DNA from: Octopus vulgaris | Taxonomy: Eukaryota | NCBI GenBank assembly: GCA_951406725.2 | Contig: OX597819.1 | Location: 131,502,001-131,566,000 of the forward strand | Direction: 5' to 3' | DNA: 64,000 bases | Shown: positions 24,968 to 38,012 of the stretch, piece after piece | Numbering within the stretch: position 1 is the first letter of the stretch | Layout: each line of letters opens with the position of its first letter | Made by a program: the position numbers and the translations under genes | Notes under the pieces: generated by a model | Database searches by the model: none | Told to the model about the DNA's origin: nothing | What the model saw: only the letters and a program-made list of their open reading frames with translations

Positions 24968-25041
<74 letters not shown>

Positions 25042-25058
25042 CACCACCACCACCACCA
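24968..25058. repeat. (TAC)n(CAC)n compound microsatellite
   Basis: Direct reading. Confidence 0.95.
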
Positions 25059-25304
25059 AAATTCAGCAAAAATCCAAAGTGTAAAAATAAGCAAGACAAA
25101 TTGCTGAATTTTTTCTTGAGAACACATTCTTCATGGAAAATGGCAATTTTGACGTCTATATCTAGCATACAGGCTGTCCATTTGTTTAGTGGTCAATCCT
25201 CTAAATTTTGTATGTAAAAAGTTTTTTCATCTTCCGATTTTTTAAAATATGCTAAGCCACTGGTTTTAATTGATTAATATCAATTTCTGCTCTTATTTAA
25301 TTTC

Positions 25305-25357
<53 letters not shown>

Positions 25358-25740
25358 TAAATATCAAATGAAAGACAGAAGATGGAATTATTAATCCCAA
25401 TTGTTTTGACACAATTAGCACCAATTCCTCTTGATGGACAATCAACAACTGGTGCAAGAGCATCCGGTGGTGCAGACGTATCTCGTCGGGTGATGAATAA
25501 ATAAAAAAGACTTGTTAAAATGACTGTAGGTGCTATAATTTGGTCATCCGTTAGGCTCCAAGTTCACAGGTGAGGCTGGGGCCAGGGATGCGTAGCAGTG
25601 AGCTTCTGAGTCAGCAGGTATAGATTAAAGGGAAAGGAAAACAAAACAGGCCGAGTATCTCAGGTCATTTTTAGAAGATTTAATTTCAAGGTGAATCAAA
25701 GAAGGAGAAGCAGCAATAATTAAAGTAATTATTGTACAGC

Positions 25741-26095
25741 CGATGCCAGCGCCGCCTTGGCTGGCTTCCGTGGCACATAAAAAGCACCATCCGAACGTGG
25801 CCGATGCCAGCGCCGCCTTGGCTGGCTTCCGTGCCGGTGGCATGTTAAAAGCACCAACCGATCGTGGCCAATGCCAGACCCCCCCCCCCCGGCACCTGTG
25901 CAGGTGGCACGTAAAAAGCACCCACTACACTTGCGGAGTGGTTGGCAATAGGAAGGGCATCCAGCTGTAGAAACACTGCCAAATCAGACTGGAGTCTGGT
26001 GCAGCCTCCTGGCTTCCCAGACACCAGTTGAACCGTCCAACCCGTGCTAGCGCGGAAAACGGATGTTAAACGATGACGATGATGATGATGATGAT
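25741..26095 (+). mobile_element. RTE 3' UTR fragment with internal unit duplication
   Basis: ccgatgccagcgccgccttggctggcttccgtg occurs twice; (tga)n tail. Confidence 0.85.
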
Positions 26096-26529
26096 AGTAG
26101 AGTGGAACCTTGCAGTACGAGTGCCCCATTGCTGTATGAGCCGAGACTCATGCAAATTTTTGTCTTGAAATATGAGCGTTAATCCGCAGTACGGGAACAC
26201 AGATCGTCCCACCTGTAAGGTAACTCAGTTAATAAAACCAGTTTACATGTTTCTTATGCATTCCCTTTTTTCCCCTTTTTTTTTCATAATTAAGGTGGTG
26301 AGCTGGCAGAGCCGTTAGCACACTGGGCAAAAATGCTTAGCGGTATTTTGTCTGCTGCTTCGTTCTGAGTTCAAATTCCACTGAGATCAACTTTGCCTTT
26401 CATCCTCTCAGGGTCAATTAAATAGGTGCCAGTTATGCACTGGGGCTGATCTAATTATGGTTATTGTGTGGCAATCTCGCAATTGAGTGTCATATATGAG
26501 TAGGGGTAAAAAGTGGATTACTCTTGATT

Positions 26530-26768
26530 TATACGTCAAATAAGAAAATGGAGAGGATGCAAAATGACATACGTCATCCGGTAGACAATTCCATTCTGTC
26601 TATTTATTCCACAGCATCAGAAATTATTAGAAGAAGAAAACATAGACATGTAGTAAGCATGTGTTAATATTGATATTAATATGCTGTGGAATAAACAGAC
26701 CCACTGGAATTGTCTACCGGATGATGTATGTCGTTTTGTATCCTCTCCATTTACTTATTTGCCGTATA
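26530..26768. mobile_element. MITE with imperfect TIRs of about 88 bp, TA-flanked
   Basis: tatacgtcaaataag...ttccacagcat (26530-26617) is the reverse complement of atgctgtggaa...cttatttgccgtata (26681-26768). Confidence 0.8.
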
Positions 26769-26773
26769 TATGT

Positions 26774-26829
<56 letters not shown>

Positions 26830-27175
26830 GTGTGTGTGTGTGTGTGTGTCATCATCATCATAATCATTTAATGTCCATATTCTCTGCTGGCATGGGTTGT
26901 GGGGTTTGACAGGAGGAACTGGCAAGGCCAGGGGCTGCACCAAGTTCTAGTGTCTGTTTCGGTTTGGTTCCAACAGCTGGATGCCCTTCCTAATGCCAAC
27001 CACTCCGAAAGTGTAAGGGGTGCGTTTTCATGTGGAACCATTACCAGTGCAATTTACATGGCACCAACACCCACACCAACCCTTTTTTTAAATGCACATG
27101 GCATCTTGATGTTAGAATATCAATTCTGTTGTGGTGGGCAGATCTTCTCGAGTACAAAAATGTGCCACATATCTA

Positions 27176-27221
<46 letters not shown>

Positions 27222-27707
27222 GCGCGGAGAGTCTCAGTCCACTGGAGAAATCGAGAAAGAAAAGCAAACCGGTGGAATGTTAATAATTTCCATCGTTAGT
27301 CATGTCTACATAATGTCTGGATTGTTGGGGAACGTTAGCTTGCTTTGTTATTTTTCTCACCAAAAGCAAACAAAAAAAGCCACAATTCCGCTTGACTGGT
27401 TCCTCCATAATAACTCCACTTTTCTAGCTTCTTCTGCTCTCATTTGAGATGTGTCTTCACTTGTCTGTCTCTCGGGTGCAGTTGGCAGTCTCCGTAATCT
27501 GCTGCTGGTGTCATCCGGGGGACAGGTTTGCATGGCTGGTACCTCTGTTGGTGACAAAGAGGTTCTGTTCTGGGGTAAATTGACAAACTGAATGGGGTCA
27601 TGAGAGATGCACATTGTAGGGGCTGAGAGTAATGAAGTAAAAATTATTGTCTTATTAAAGTCTTTCTTTACAAAATTTGTGTGCAACTGTGTGAGAAGAT
27701 GTCCCCT

Positions 27708-27764
27708 TAAGCAAATGTCCCCTTAAGCAAATGTCCCCTTAAGCAAATGTCCCCTTAAGCAAAT
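27708..27764. repeat. 16-bp tandem repeat (aaatgtccccttaagc), about 3.5 copies
   Basis: Direct reading. Confidence 0.9.
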
Positions 27765-27865
27765 ACACATCATTTTAACCCTCTGGCGTTCAGATTACTC
27801 TCTCAAAATGTAATATTTATTTGATTAAATTGTTTTATAATTAATAACGCATTATCTTGTAGTTG

Positions 27866-28125
27866 GTGGAGGTCTGTGGCTAAGTGGTTAGGGTGTTGGA
27901 CTCATGATTGTAAGATCACAGTTTCAATTCCTGGACTGAATGATGCATTGTGTTCTTGAGCAAGACACTTCATTTCACATTGCTTCAGTCCACTCAGCTG
28001 GCAAAAATGATTAACCCCGTGACAGACTGGTGACCCATCCACATGGGGAATACATACACCACTTAAACTGGGAAACTGGCCCTTACGACCCTGGTGTGGC
28101 TCAAGAAAGAAATATTTTTTATTAT
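27866..28125 (+). mobile_element. SINE family D with 14-bp TSD, nested in a TTAA-flanked MITE (27775-28255)
   Basis: TSD ttatcttgtagttg at 27852-27865 and 28126-28139. The host begins ttaaccctct and ends aaagagttaa (piggyBac-like). Confidence 0.8.
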
Positions 28126-28791
28126 TTATCTTGTAGTTGTGATTGTTTTATTTTTAGAATGACATTGTAGGATAGGTGTAAGAGGCTGGACTTGACCAGT
28201 TAGAACATAAAAATATTTTGGTTGAATAAGGCCGTTTTAAATGCTAAAGAGTTAAACTGGCCCCCATACCCAGCCAAAATAGTTTCCCTGTTTTATGTTC
28301 AAAACTGGCCAGATCTGGCCTCTCACACCAACCCTACAATGTCATTCTAAAAATGAACTGCCACCTCCAGTGGCATAGCCAGTAGGGGAGCAAGGATAGT
28401 GACCACACCCCACCAAGCACAGTTTTCAAAAGAAGCACCTTTTCAACAACTTTTTTAAACTCTTTGGTTCATTTGTGATGAAAGTTGAATTTCTATTTTC
28501 GTTTGTTAACGGATGGCCTTGAAAGAATTTTCTGGAGCCATTACTTTATACGACTGACATCCTGTGCTTTTGGACTCTCCTCTCAATCTCCTGTGATGTG
28601 TGTTGGTGGTCACTGACATCTGAAGAACCGAAACAAACCCTGAAGTCACATAACCTCTTGGCACCGGGCAATCCAGAGGACTTCATCATTTTCATGTCAC
28701 ACCTACGTCACAAGTTGTAAGTTTCATACATAATGACATCGCTATGGAAACATGAAATTAATGAATGTAGAATATAATTACATATGTTATA

Positions 28792-29205
28792 GGCGCAGGG
28801 GTGGGTGTGTGGTAAGTAGCTTGCTTACCAATCACATGGTTCTGGGTTCAGTCCTACTGCGTGGCACCTTGGGCAAGTGTCTTCTACTACAACCTCAGGC
28901 CTTGTGAGAGGATTTGGTAGACGGAAACTGAAAGAAGCTTGTCATATACTGTATGTGTGTGTGTATGTGTATGTGTGTGTGTGTTTGTGTGTGTGTGTGT
29001 TTGTCTCCCCACCATCACTTGACAACTGATGCTGGTGTGTTAATGTCCTCTGTAACTTAGCAGCTTGGCAAAAGAGACCGATAGAATAAGTACTAGGGGC
29101 TGAATAAGCACAAAGAATAAGTCCTGGGGTCGATTTCTTCGACTGGAGGCAGTGCTCCAGCATGGTTACAGTCAAATGACAGGAAGAGATAAAAGAAAAA
29201 AAAAG
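28792..29205 (+). mobile_element. SINE family A, near full length
   Basis: Colinear with 62853-63245. Confidence 0.88.
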
Positions 29206-29379
29206 AATAATTATAGAAATATTTCATATGATATAAAAGAAATGAGTCATAAATTGGTTGGTATGCGTTGTGGCCCCTTTTTTTATGATGTGCTCCACTC
29301 CCTGTAATGTTAAAACCTGGTCACCTCATTTGAATCTCGAAACATTTAATTCACAATTTATTCAAATATGAAGTCAAAG

Positions 29380-29820
29380 TCAAATTCGATGACTGGCATC
29401 CGTGCCAGTGGAGCGCTAAGAGCACCATCCGAGCGTGATCGTTGCCAGAGCAACAAAATGGCTTCCATGCTGGTGGCACGTAAAAAGCACCATTCGAGCG
29501 TGATTGCTACCAGCGTCGCTTTACTGGCACTTGAACGAGGTCGTTGCCAGTGCCACGGGACTGACGCCTGTGCCGGTGACACATAAAAAACGCCATTTGA
29601 GCGTGGTTGTTGCTAGTACCGCATTGACTGATCCTCGTGCCGTTGGCACGTAAAAAGCACCCACTACATTCTCAGAGTGGTTGGCGTTAGGAAGGGCATC
29701 CAACTGTAGAAACTCTGCCTGATCAGATTGGAGTCTGGTGCAGCCATCTGGTTTGCCAGAACTCGGTCAAATTGTCCAACCCATGCCAGCATGGAAAGCG
29801 GACGTATGATGATGATGATG
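29380..29820 (+). mobile_element. RTE 3' UTR fragment with multiple hairpin units
   Basis: Repeated tggcacgtaaaaagcacc; (tga)n tail. Confidence 0.85.
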
Positions 29821-30091
29821 GAAAAATAAAGATTATATTTGACAGAATAATCTGAATGCTTAATGGGGATCGTTTCAGATTTTATTTTGGAATTATTCAA
29901 CGAATTTCTTCAGCTAAAAAGAAATTCACTTTTGTCTTGAAGACCTTGTTTGTGTACCTCCATTTTCTCCATTTGCGTGTGTGTTAGTAGAAAAACATTT
30001 ATGTGTGCACACACACACACACACATTGCTTATACAGAACAAACAAACCCATTATTTAGCATTTAAATTAACAATTCCTGACATGCAAGTG

Positions 30092-30310
30092 TTAACCCTT
30101 TCGATACCAATCCACCTGTGCCCACCCTGCCTGATTCTATGGTACAAATTTCCTGCTTTAGAGTGATTTAAATGAAAAACTTCCGCCAAAATTCCATTTT
30201 ATGTCCCAAACGCCAGCCTGATAGTGACAAACATATTTTACTAAATACTTCATTATTTTAAACATTAAATGAAGTAAAGGCAACAGAAATATGTTCACAG
30301 ACGGTTGAAT
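30092..30310. mobile_element. TTAACCCTT-type MITE (piggyBac-like non-autonomous)
   Basis: Similar to 36082-36320, 37669-37895 and 50246-50473. Confidence 0.6.
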
Positions 30311-30851
30311 AGATTAAGGCCTGTCAAGAACATTCTGTGTGTTTGTAGGTTGTATTACCGGCAGATTTCACTAACAATAGTTCTTTCTTAAATTAGGTCA
30401 AATCCAGAGGTTTTGAGGAAGGTCATACTTACAAATCCATAAATATTTGTCATATGGATTTTTTAATCTCTGGCTTCTTGGCCTCTATTTCTGTATTTCA
30501 AGTGAGCCTGTATTGGTTATACATCTTCTGAAAATAAGACTTTACAGATGTATATATATATAGATATATATATCTCATCATCATCATTATCGTTTAACGT
30601 CCGTTTTCCATGCTAGCATGGGTTGGATGGTTCGAACGGGGTCTGTGAAGCCAGGAGGCTGCACCAGGCTCCAGTCTGATCTGGCAGTGTTTCTACAGCT
30701 GGATGCCCTTCCTAACGCCAACCTGTCCATGAGTGTAGTGAGTGCACCAGGTCTGCACCAGGTTCCATTGTCTCTTCCGGCTTGGTTAACTAAATTTGAA
30801 ACTTAAAAAGTAGGACCAGGTGTTTATAATACATTTATCATGTTAAAAACC

Positions 30852-31210
30852 TTTTACTTGTTTCACTCATTAGACTGTGGCCATGCTGGGGCAGCACCTT
30901 CAAGAATTCTTAGTCGAATGTATCGACCCTAGAATTTATTTTTTAAAGCCTGGTACTTCTTTTATCAGTCTCTTTTGCTGAACTGCTAAGTTATGGGGAT
31001 GTAAACAAACCAACATCAGTTATCAAATGATGGTGGGAGGACAAACACAGACATAAAGACACACACACACACACACATATATATACGATGGGCTTCTTTC
31101 AGTTTCCATCTACCAAATTCACTGACAAAGCTTTGGTCAGCCCAGGGCTATAGTAGAAGACACTTGTCCAAGGTGCCACAGAGTGGGACTGAACCTAGAA
31201 CTATGTGGTT
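30852..31210 (-). mobile_element. SINE family A
   Basis: Reverse complement of the family A consensus. Confidence 0.82.
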
Positions 31211-31573
31211 ATCTTTGTATATTTTAATATTTTCGAGGAATTTAGACATAGTTTGACCGAATGGTTAAGGAGTTTGTTTCACAACCATGACACCTCAACA
31301 TCAATCCTTCTGTTTGGCATCTGAGGTAAATGTCGTTTTCTGTAACTTCTGCTGTGATCCATCGCCTGTGAGAAGAATTTCATAGACGGAAACCGTACGG
31401 AATCCTTTCGAATGGATTACACTTCAAAAAGTACTGCCTTGTTACACACACACACACACACACGCTGTGTCATGGGGATTCTGCTTGAGAATTACATAAA
31501 CAGTACACGTGTCTGTGGAATACTCAGCCGTGAAGACTTTAATTCAGAGGGAAGAGGTAATTCACTTGGTTGA

Positions 31574-31798
<225 letters not shown>

Positions 31799-32171
31799 GG
31801 TGCCAACAGCTGAGTCCAAAATGGGATGTTATTTGATATCTGGTCCATTATTTTCATTTATATCTATTCATTCATGCTGACACTACAACCTCACCTGTTG
31901 CTGCTACTACTACTGCTGCTGCTGCTGTTGTGTACCACACAAAACCTTGTTAAGGTTGTATTACTTTGGTCATTGTAGAATTTGAATTATTAATCTTTGA
32001 GGCCAGAAATTTACATCTTCATCCTTTTGCCAGCATCTTGGTTAATTTCTTCAGACATATTTCCCCTCTTCCCCAAAACACTTCCATATATTCTTCAATA
32101 CACTAACAAAATCACAATGCTAGGAAATTTCGGTAGAATTCTGTATTTTTCCCACTTGATATCAAAATCCA

Positions 32172-32173
<2 letters not shown>

Positions 32174-32208
<35 letters not shown>

Positions 32209-32490
32209 TAGTTTTATTTTTATAGCGTGCTTTCACTTCACTACCGAGCGTAGCTCTGTGTGCCTTAGGTATGTGCTGTGATTTGTTGTGATTCTCTGAT
32301 GGTTACTGTATTGAAAGTGTTTTGCGTAGGATGTGTGCAGTGCCTAGTAGTGCAATTTTCTGTATATTATATGTGTTTGTAAGTTCTGGTGTTTTTGCTA
32401 TGTATTTGTCTGAATATTTTACCTAATGCACCTACTATGATAGGAATTGTTTCTGCTTTTAGATTCCACATTTGAGTTACCTCTAGTTCC
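32174..32490 (-). mobile_element. R4/Dong-like (RLE-type) non-LTR retrotransposon 3' end at a (TAA)n tract
   Basis: Minus strand encodes MWNLKAETIPIIVGALG...IQKIALLGTAHILRKTL*, the characteristic R4/Dong C-terminus, and ends in (taa)n. Confidence 0.75.
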
Positions 32491-33030
32491 AGGTCTTTGT
32501 ATTTTGAAAGTTTCTCCATTTCTTTTAGAGAAATGTTGTCATCTGTTGGTACGGATACATCAATTAGAAAGCATTTTTTTCTTCATGATCTCTGACAACT
32601 ATATCTGGCCTATTGGCCTTAATTTCTCTACTACTACTACTACTACTACTAGTTGTAGTGTCAGGGTTGATGAAATAAGACCAGTTGAGCCCAGGAGTTG
32701 ATGTAATTGATTTACCCTCTCCCCACAAATTTCAGGTTTTGTGCCTATAATAGAAAGAATTATTATTAATTAATTAATTAATTAATTAATTAAAAACAGA
32801 CTGTAGTTTATTGTTCTGTTGTTTGATGCAGAACAGTAAAATCTTATATAATTGTATAACAATTAACTGGGATGTTGAAGATGGTTCATGGTGGGATCGC
32901 ATTGAATGTCACCTTAAGCAAGTCTCTCTAGCCATCGTTTCAATCAGTCAAAACCCTGTGGGTGAAATTTGGTTGAAAGAGAATGTATGGGAACTTGTTA
33001 GTAGGATCATTCTCCTTTTTTATGTCATGC

Positions 33031-33431
33031 AGTTTAACACCGTCACCTGGCCACCCTGGGGTACTTCTAACAAAGTCCATTCTGTTGTCACCTGGTTCAA
33101 CGGCACCACCTGGACACCCTTGGGTACTTCTAACAAAGTCTATTCTGTTGTCACCTGGTTCAACGGCACCACCTGGCCACCCTTGGGTACCTCTAACAAA
33201 GTCGATTCTGTTGTCACCTAGTTTAACACCATCACCTGGCCACCCTGGGGTACTTCTAACAAAGTTCATTCTGTTGTCACCTGGTTCAATAGCACCACCT
33301 GGCCACCCTTGGGTACCTCTAACAAAGTCGATTCTGTTGTCACCTAGTTTAACACCATCACCTGGCCACCCTGGGGTACTTCCATTTTGTTGTCACCTGG
33401 TTCAATGGCACCACCTGGCCACCCTTGGGTA
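33031..33431. repeat. 60-bp minisatellite, about 6.5 copies, two unit variants
   Basis: Unit cacctggccaccct.gggtac.tctaacaaagtc.attctgttgtcacct.gtt.aac repeated with period 60. Confidence 0.92.
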
Positions 33432-34073
33432 TTTTCCAATGCATTAATCATTCAGATTATGTGTTAAGTTTTAAAATAATCTCCTTTCCCCCACCCCACT
33501 GTTCCCTAATGGCCCAAGGGTCACAACTACTATATTTCTGCCTTCGAGGGAACCACTAAAAATTTAAACTACTTTCAACTCTCTAAAAGTAGCTAAAAAA
33601 AAGCCATTGTCATTCGTAAAAGTACTTCTGGTATGTTTCACAGGCAACTGTTAATTCTCACAGCAAAACCAATGAAAGACCGACAGAAATTTGACAAAGA
33701 AGTCAAAAATACAGTTAATCAAAGACTACATTCCGCAGTGCAAAGATGAGCTTAAAATGATGGGGCGGGGAGGGACTTTGAGCAAGATTCAATAGAAGCA
33801 AATTGTGTGGGTGGCAGGTGGTAGAGTATGAAGTGAACGTGAGGCCGAAGCATTCTTGCTTTGAGACAGTAAATAAATGGTAAGATCTCTGAAGATATTG
33901 AACATGGTTTTCAATGGAAAATATTTGGAATGTTTCCACCCATTTGGATTTATCAGTTTGAAATGTTTCTTTATTGAATCTTCTTGGACCTTGGGCAAGT
34001 GTCCTCCACTATAGCCTTAGGCCAACCAAAGCCCTGAGTGGATTTGGTACATGGAAACTGAAAGAAGCCCATC

Positions 34074-34107
<34 letters not shown>

Positions 34108-34251
34108 TTCCCTACTGCTTGACAACTGGTGTTTCTTTTGCTCTCACTTTACATTCCAAAGAGACAAGATTTTTAAAACTGATCTAAAATTGATCAATAA
34201 ATCCAATTATAGCTAAACTAACCAACATTGCAGCACTTATCTCACTTATAG

Positions 34252-35556
34252 CATCATCATCATCGTCGTTTAACATCCGTTTTCCTTGGTGGCATGGGTT
34301 TGATGGTTTGACTGAGGACTGGTGAACTAGATGGCTGCACCAGACTCCAATCTGATCTGGCAGTTTCTACAGCTGGATGCCCTTCCTAACACCAACCACT
34401 CCAAGAGTGTAGTGGGTGCTTTTTATGTGCCATCAGCACGAGGGCCAGTCAGGCAGTACTGGCAACAACCATGCTCAAAAGGTGTCTTTTATGTGCCACC
34501 TACATGGGAGCCAGTCCAATGGCACTGGCAACAACCATGCTCAAAAGGTGTCTTTTATGTGCCACCTACATGGGAGCCAGTCCAATGGCACTGGCAACAA
34601 CCACACTCGAATGTTGTTTTCCAAGTCCCACTGGCACATGTGCCAATAAGGCGATGCTGGGAATGATCACACTTAAATGGTGCTTTTTACGTGCCTTTGG
34701 CACAGGAGCCAGTCAGAGGCCCTGGCAATGATCACGCTTGGATGGTGCTTATACAGTTCCACTAGCATGAGTGCCAATCAAGCGGTACTGTCATCGGCCA
34801 CATCAGCGATTTTGATTTCACTTGCCGCAATGGGTCTTTGCAAGCAAAAGTTTATTGTCCAATGATTGAAGGGTACAACACCACTGGCGTAGGCCATGGG
34901 TTATGATCTCACATTGTCTCGACCACGGTCGAACAATGATGATGATGATGATCTCACTTGGCTTGTCACGTCTTCTCAAGCACAGCATATCTCCAAAGGT
35001 CTTGGTCACTAGTCATTGCCTCAGTGAGGCCCAATGTTCAATGGTCATGCTTCACCACCTCATCCCAGGTTCCCTCAACTGCTAGGGTGTGGCACTTTTT
35101 CACACAGCCATCCTCCACCATTCTCACCACATGACCATACCAGTGCAGTCATCTGTCTTGCACACCACACCTGATGCTTCTTAGGTCCAACTTTTCTCTC
35201 AAGGTACTTACACTCTGTCGAGTATGCACAGACATTACACATCCATCGGATCATACTGGCTTCATTCCTTGTGAGCTTACACATGTTCTCAGCATTCATG
35301 GCCCATGTTTCACTGCCATGTAGCATGGCTATTTGTACACAAGCGTCATACAGTCTACCTTTTACTCTGAGCGAGAGGCCCTTTGTCTCTAGGAGAGGTA
35401 AGAGCTCTCTGAACTTTGCCCAGGCTATTCTTATTCTAGCAGCTACACTTTCAGAGCATCCACCCCCGCTACTGACTTGGTCACCTAGGTAACGGAAGCT
35501 ATCAACTACTTGTAGTTTTTCTCCCTGGAATGTGAGAGAAGCTGTTCTCTGCACAT
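34252..35556 (-). mobile_element. 5'-truncated RTE LINE (ORF C-terminus plus 3' UTR and tail)
   Basis: VVDSFRYLGD...ARIRIAWAKFREL...MLHGSETWA, then a UTR with 66-bp units and a (tga)n tail. Confidence 0.9.
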
Positions 35557-35970
35557 TCTACAAAATTTATGCCTCTATCCCTTCGGTAACTACTTATGTT
35601 ACCTTCACTGTTCTCTGTGAACAAGCTTTCTCACTCCCACTCTGACTATCTGTCTCTCTCTCACCCTCCTCTCCTTCTTTATCCCACAGAGTGTCTCCTT
35701 CATAGTAAAAGGGTTACCATTGTTCCTCTACCATACTCTAATCTCTCGATTCCACTCTCAGCTGAGAGGTCCTTTGTCTTATGAGCTCACAGGTGCTGGT
35801 GGCACGTAAAAAGCACCCAGTACACTCTGCAAAGTGGTTGGTGTTGGGAAGGGCATCCAGCTGTGGAAACTAATACAAAGCAAGCCCTCCATCCTTGCCA
35901 GCTCCTCTCAAACTGTCTAACCCATGCCAGCAAAGAAAATGGACACTAAATGATGATGTGGAGATAAATT

Positions 35971-38012
35971 AAATATAACTTAGCTAAAGTTCCAGTCTGC
36001 AACCATTGCAGATATCGATGATTCTGAAGTCATGAAGTCTTCATTAATTATTCTTCCAAAACTAAGAACTCAAATTTATCTTTAACCCTTTTCATATCAA
36101 CCCCTCCAAGACTGAATCCTGGTTCTATGACACAAATTTTATATTTTTTAAATTATCTAAATTTAGAAAAAAAACAAACAATCTTCCATCAAAATTCTAA
36201 GTTAATTTATTTCCCAAACACGAGATAAATAAGGACAAAGCTATTTTATTAAATTCTTCAATATTTTCAAAATTAAAAGAAAATGTGTTTTTCAACAAGA
36301 ATATGGTAGCAAAAGAATCTAAATAACTAATCATCATCATCATCATCAACATCAACAACATATAGCATCCATTCCTCTGAACTTACTCTCTCAACTCCTA
36401 CGACCCATAGGGCTCGTTACTTGGTTTCCCTGGTGAACAAGATCACAGCATTACCCTTGAACAGGATGTCAGTCGGTTGCAAGGTGTTTCATTTACAATG
36501 CACCACTCGATCCAGGAATTGAAACTACAGTCTTATTATTGCGAGGACAACACCTTAACCACCAGGCCGTGCACCTTTGCATTCTATGAAGTCATCAGAA
36601 CAGACAGTCTCAAAGTTGGTGACTTTAACCTCATAATAACAATTAAAGTGCTCAGCCTCACACCACAACGCTCAAATTTGTCTGCTGTTACCACATTGTA
36701 CTTGTATGTAAAGTACACAAATCATTATGTAAAGTACATAATGATTTGTGTCAGTTTTGCTTCTCACTTCCATGACTGAGGCAAGGACAGCTAAATGGAA
36801 AAAGATTTATTTTACCAATTCCTTGTTTATAGCCCAAAACAATAAAAGAAAAACTAATGGAATTCAATTATAAATTCTTTATTTTTTTTAACAGTTCTTT
36901 AAGTATATTTAAACAAAATATTTTGCGTAAGGATAAATCTCACTTTTAACAATATGCCAATTAATGAGTATTTTTATTCCATTACCAACTCACTCTCTCT
37001 CTCTGTTCTTACCTGCTGTTCTGCCAGGTAAGAGTAGCAAGACAAGTTCAATGCCTTGACCAAATCATAACATACAATCTGGTAATCAATATAATTTCAC
37101 AACTCTTCATTTCTAATAATTCTTTATCCTCTGGTCTCCAATGTGTTACTTCCTCCAGTCTGATTAATAAAAAGTTTCATTAATCCAATCTTTAAGCTGA
37201 AGTCCTTGAATTAATTAAAAATGAGACACTTGGTTCATAGGTTTTTATCTTTTTATTCAGCTGCAGGCATTGTGCTGTGTCCTGAGGCAAAGCCTTCAAC
37301 TCTACTTGCCCTTCAAATGGTATTCAATGCTATTCTTCTCTCTGGATTATACTCAGCCCCTCCTTGTAGTAGTGAAGTAAATATCGTTAGTTTATCCAAA
37401 TAAACGAACTTATTAAACTGATCTGGTGAACACAGTAAAGTCCCTTGGAATCCATTAGATTCCGGTCAACTTCTCTCTGGAAATCAAAAAGATAAAAAAA
37501 GTATAAAATCCTTATAGAAAAAAAGTTTTGTTTCAAATTTCACAAGGCCATAATTTAGACAATTGTTATGTTAATGAATTAGAATCAAACAAATACAATC
37601 TCTCGGATCCTAAATAACTGCCCCCCCACACACACTCAGACTGGTTTCCAATTCTTGCAATTATTAGACTCTTTTGCTACCATTTCCTTGTTGAACAACA
37701 CTGATTGTCTTTTAATTAATTTAGAAAATATTGAATGTCCTTATTTATCTAGTATTTGGGAAATAAATTAACTTAGAATTTTGATGGAAGATTGTTTTTT
37801 TTGGTTTTTTTTCTAAATTTAGATAATTTAAAAAATATAAAATTTGTCATAGAACAGGATTCAGTCTTGGAGGTGTTGATATGAAAAGGGTTAAAGATAA
37901 ATTTGAGTTCTTAGTTTCGGAAGAATAATTAAGTCATCAATGAAGACTTCATGACTTCAGAATCAGTGATATCTACAATGGTTGCAGAGTGGAACTTTAG
38001 CTAAGTTATATT
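35971..38012. repeat. local inverted duplication, arms 35971-36320 and 37669-38012
   Basis: aaatataacttagctaaagttcca... is the reverse complement of ...tggaactttagctaagttatattt. The arms include a MITE plus about 110 bp of its flank. Confidence 0.88.

Noticed and set aside
28620-28636. ctgaagaaccgaaac hammerhead-like core
   Set aside because: There is no room for stem II and no stem I pairing.
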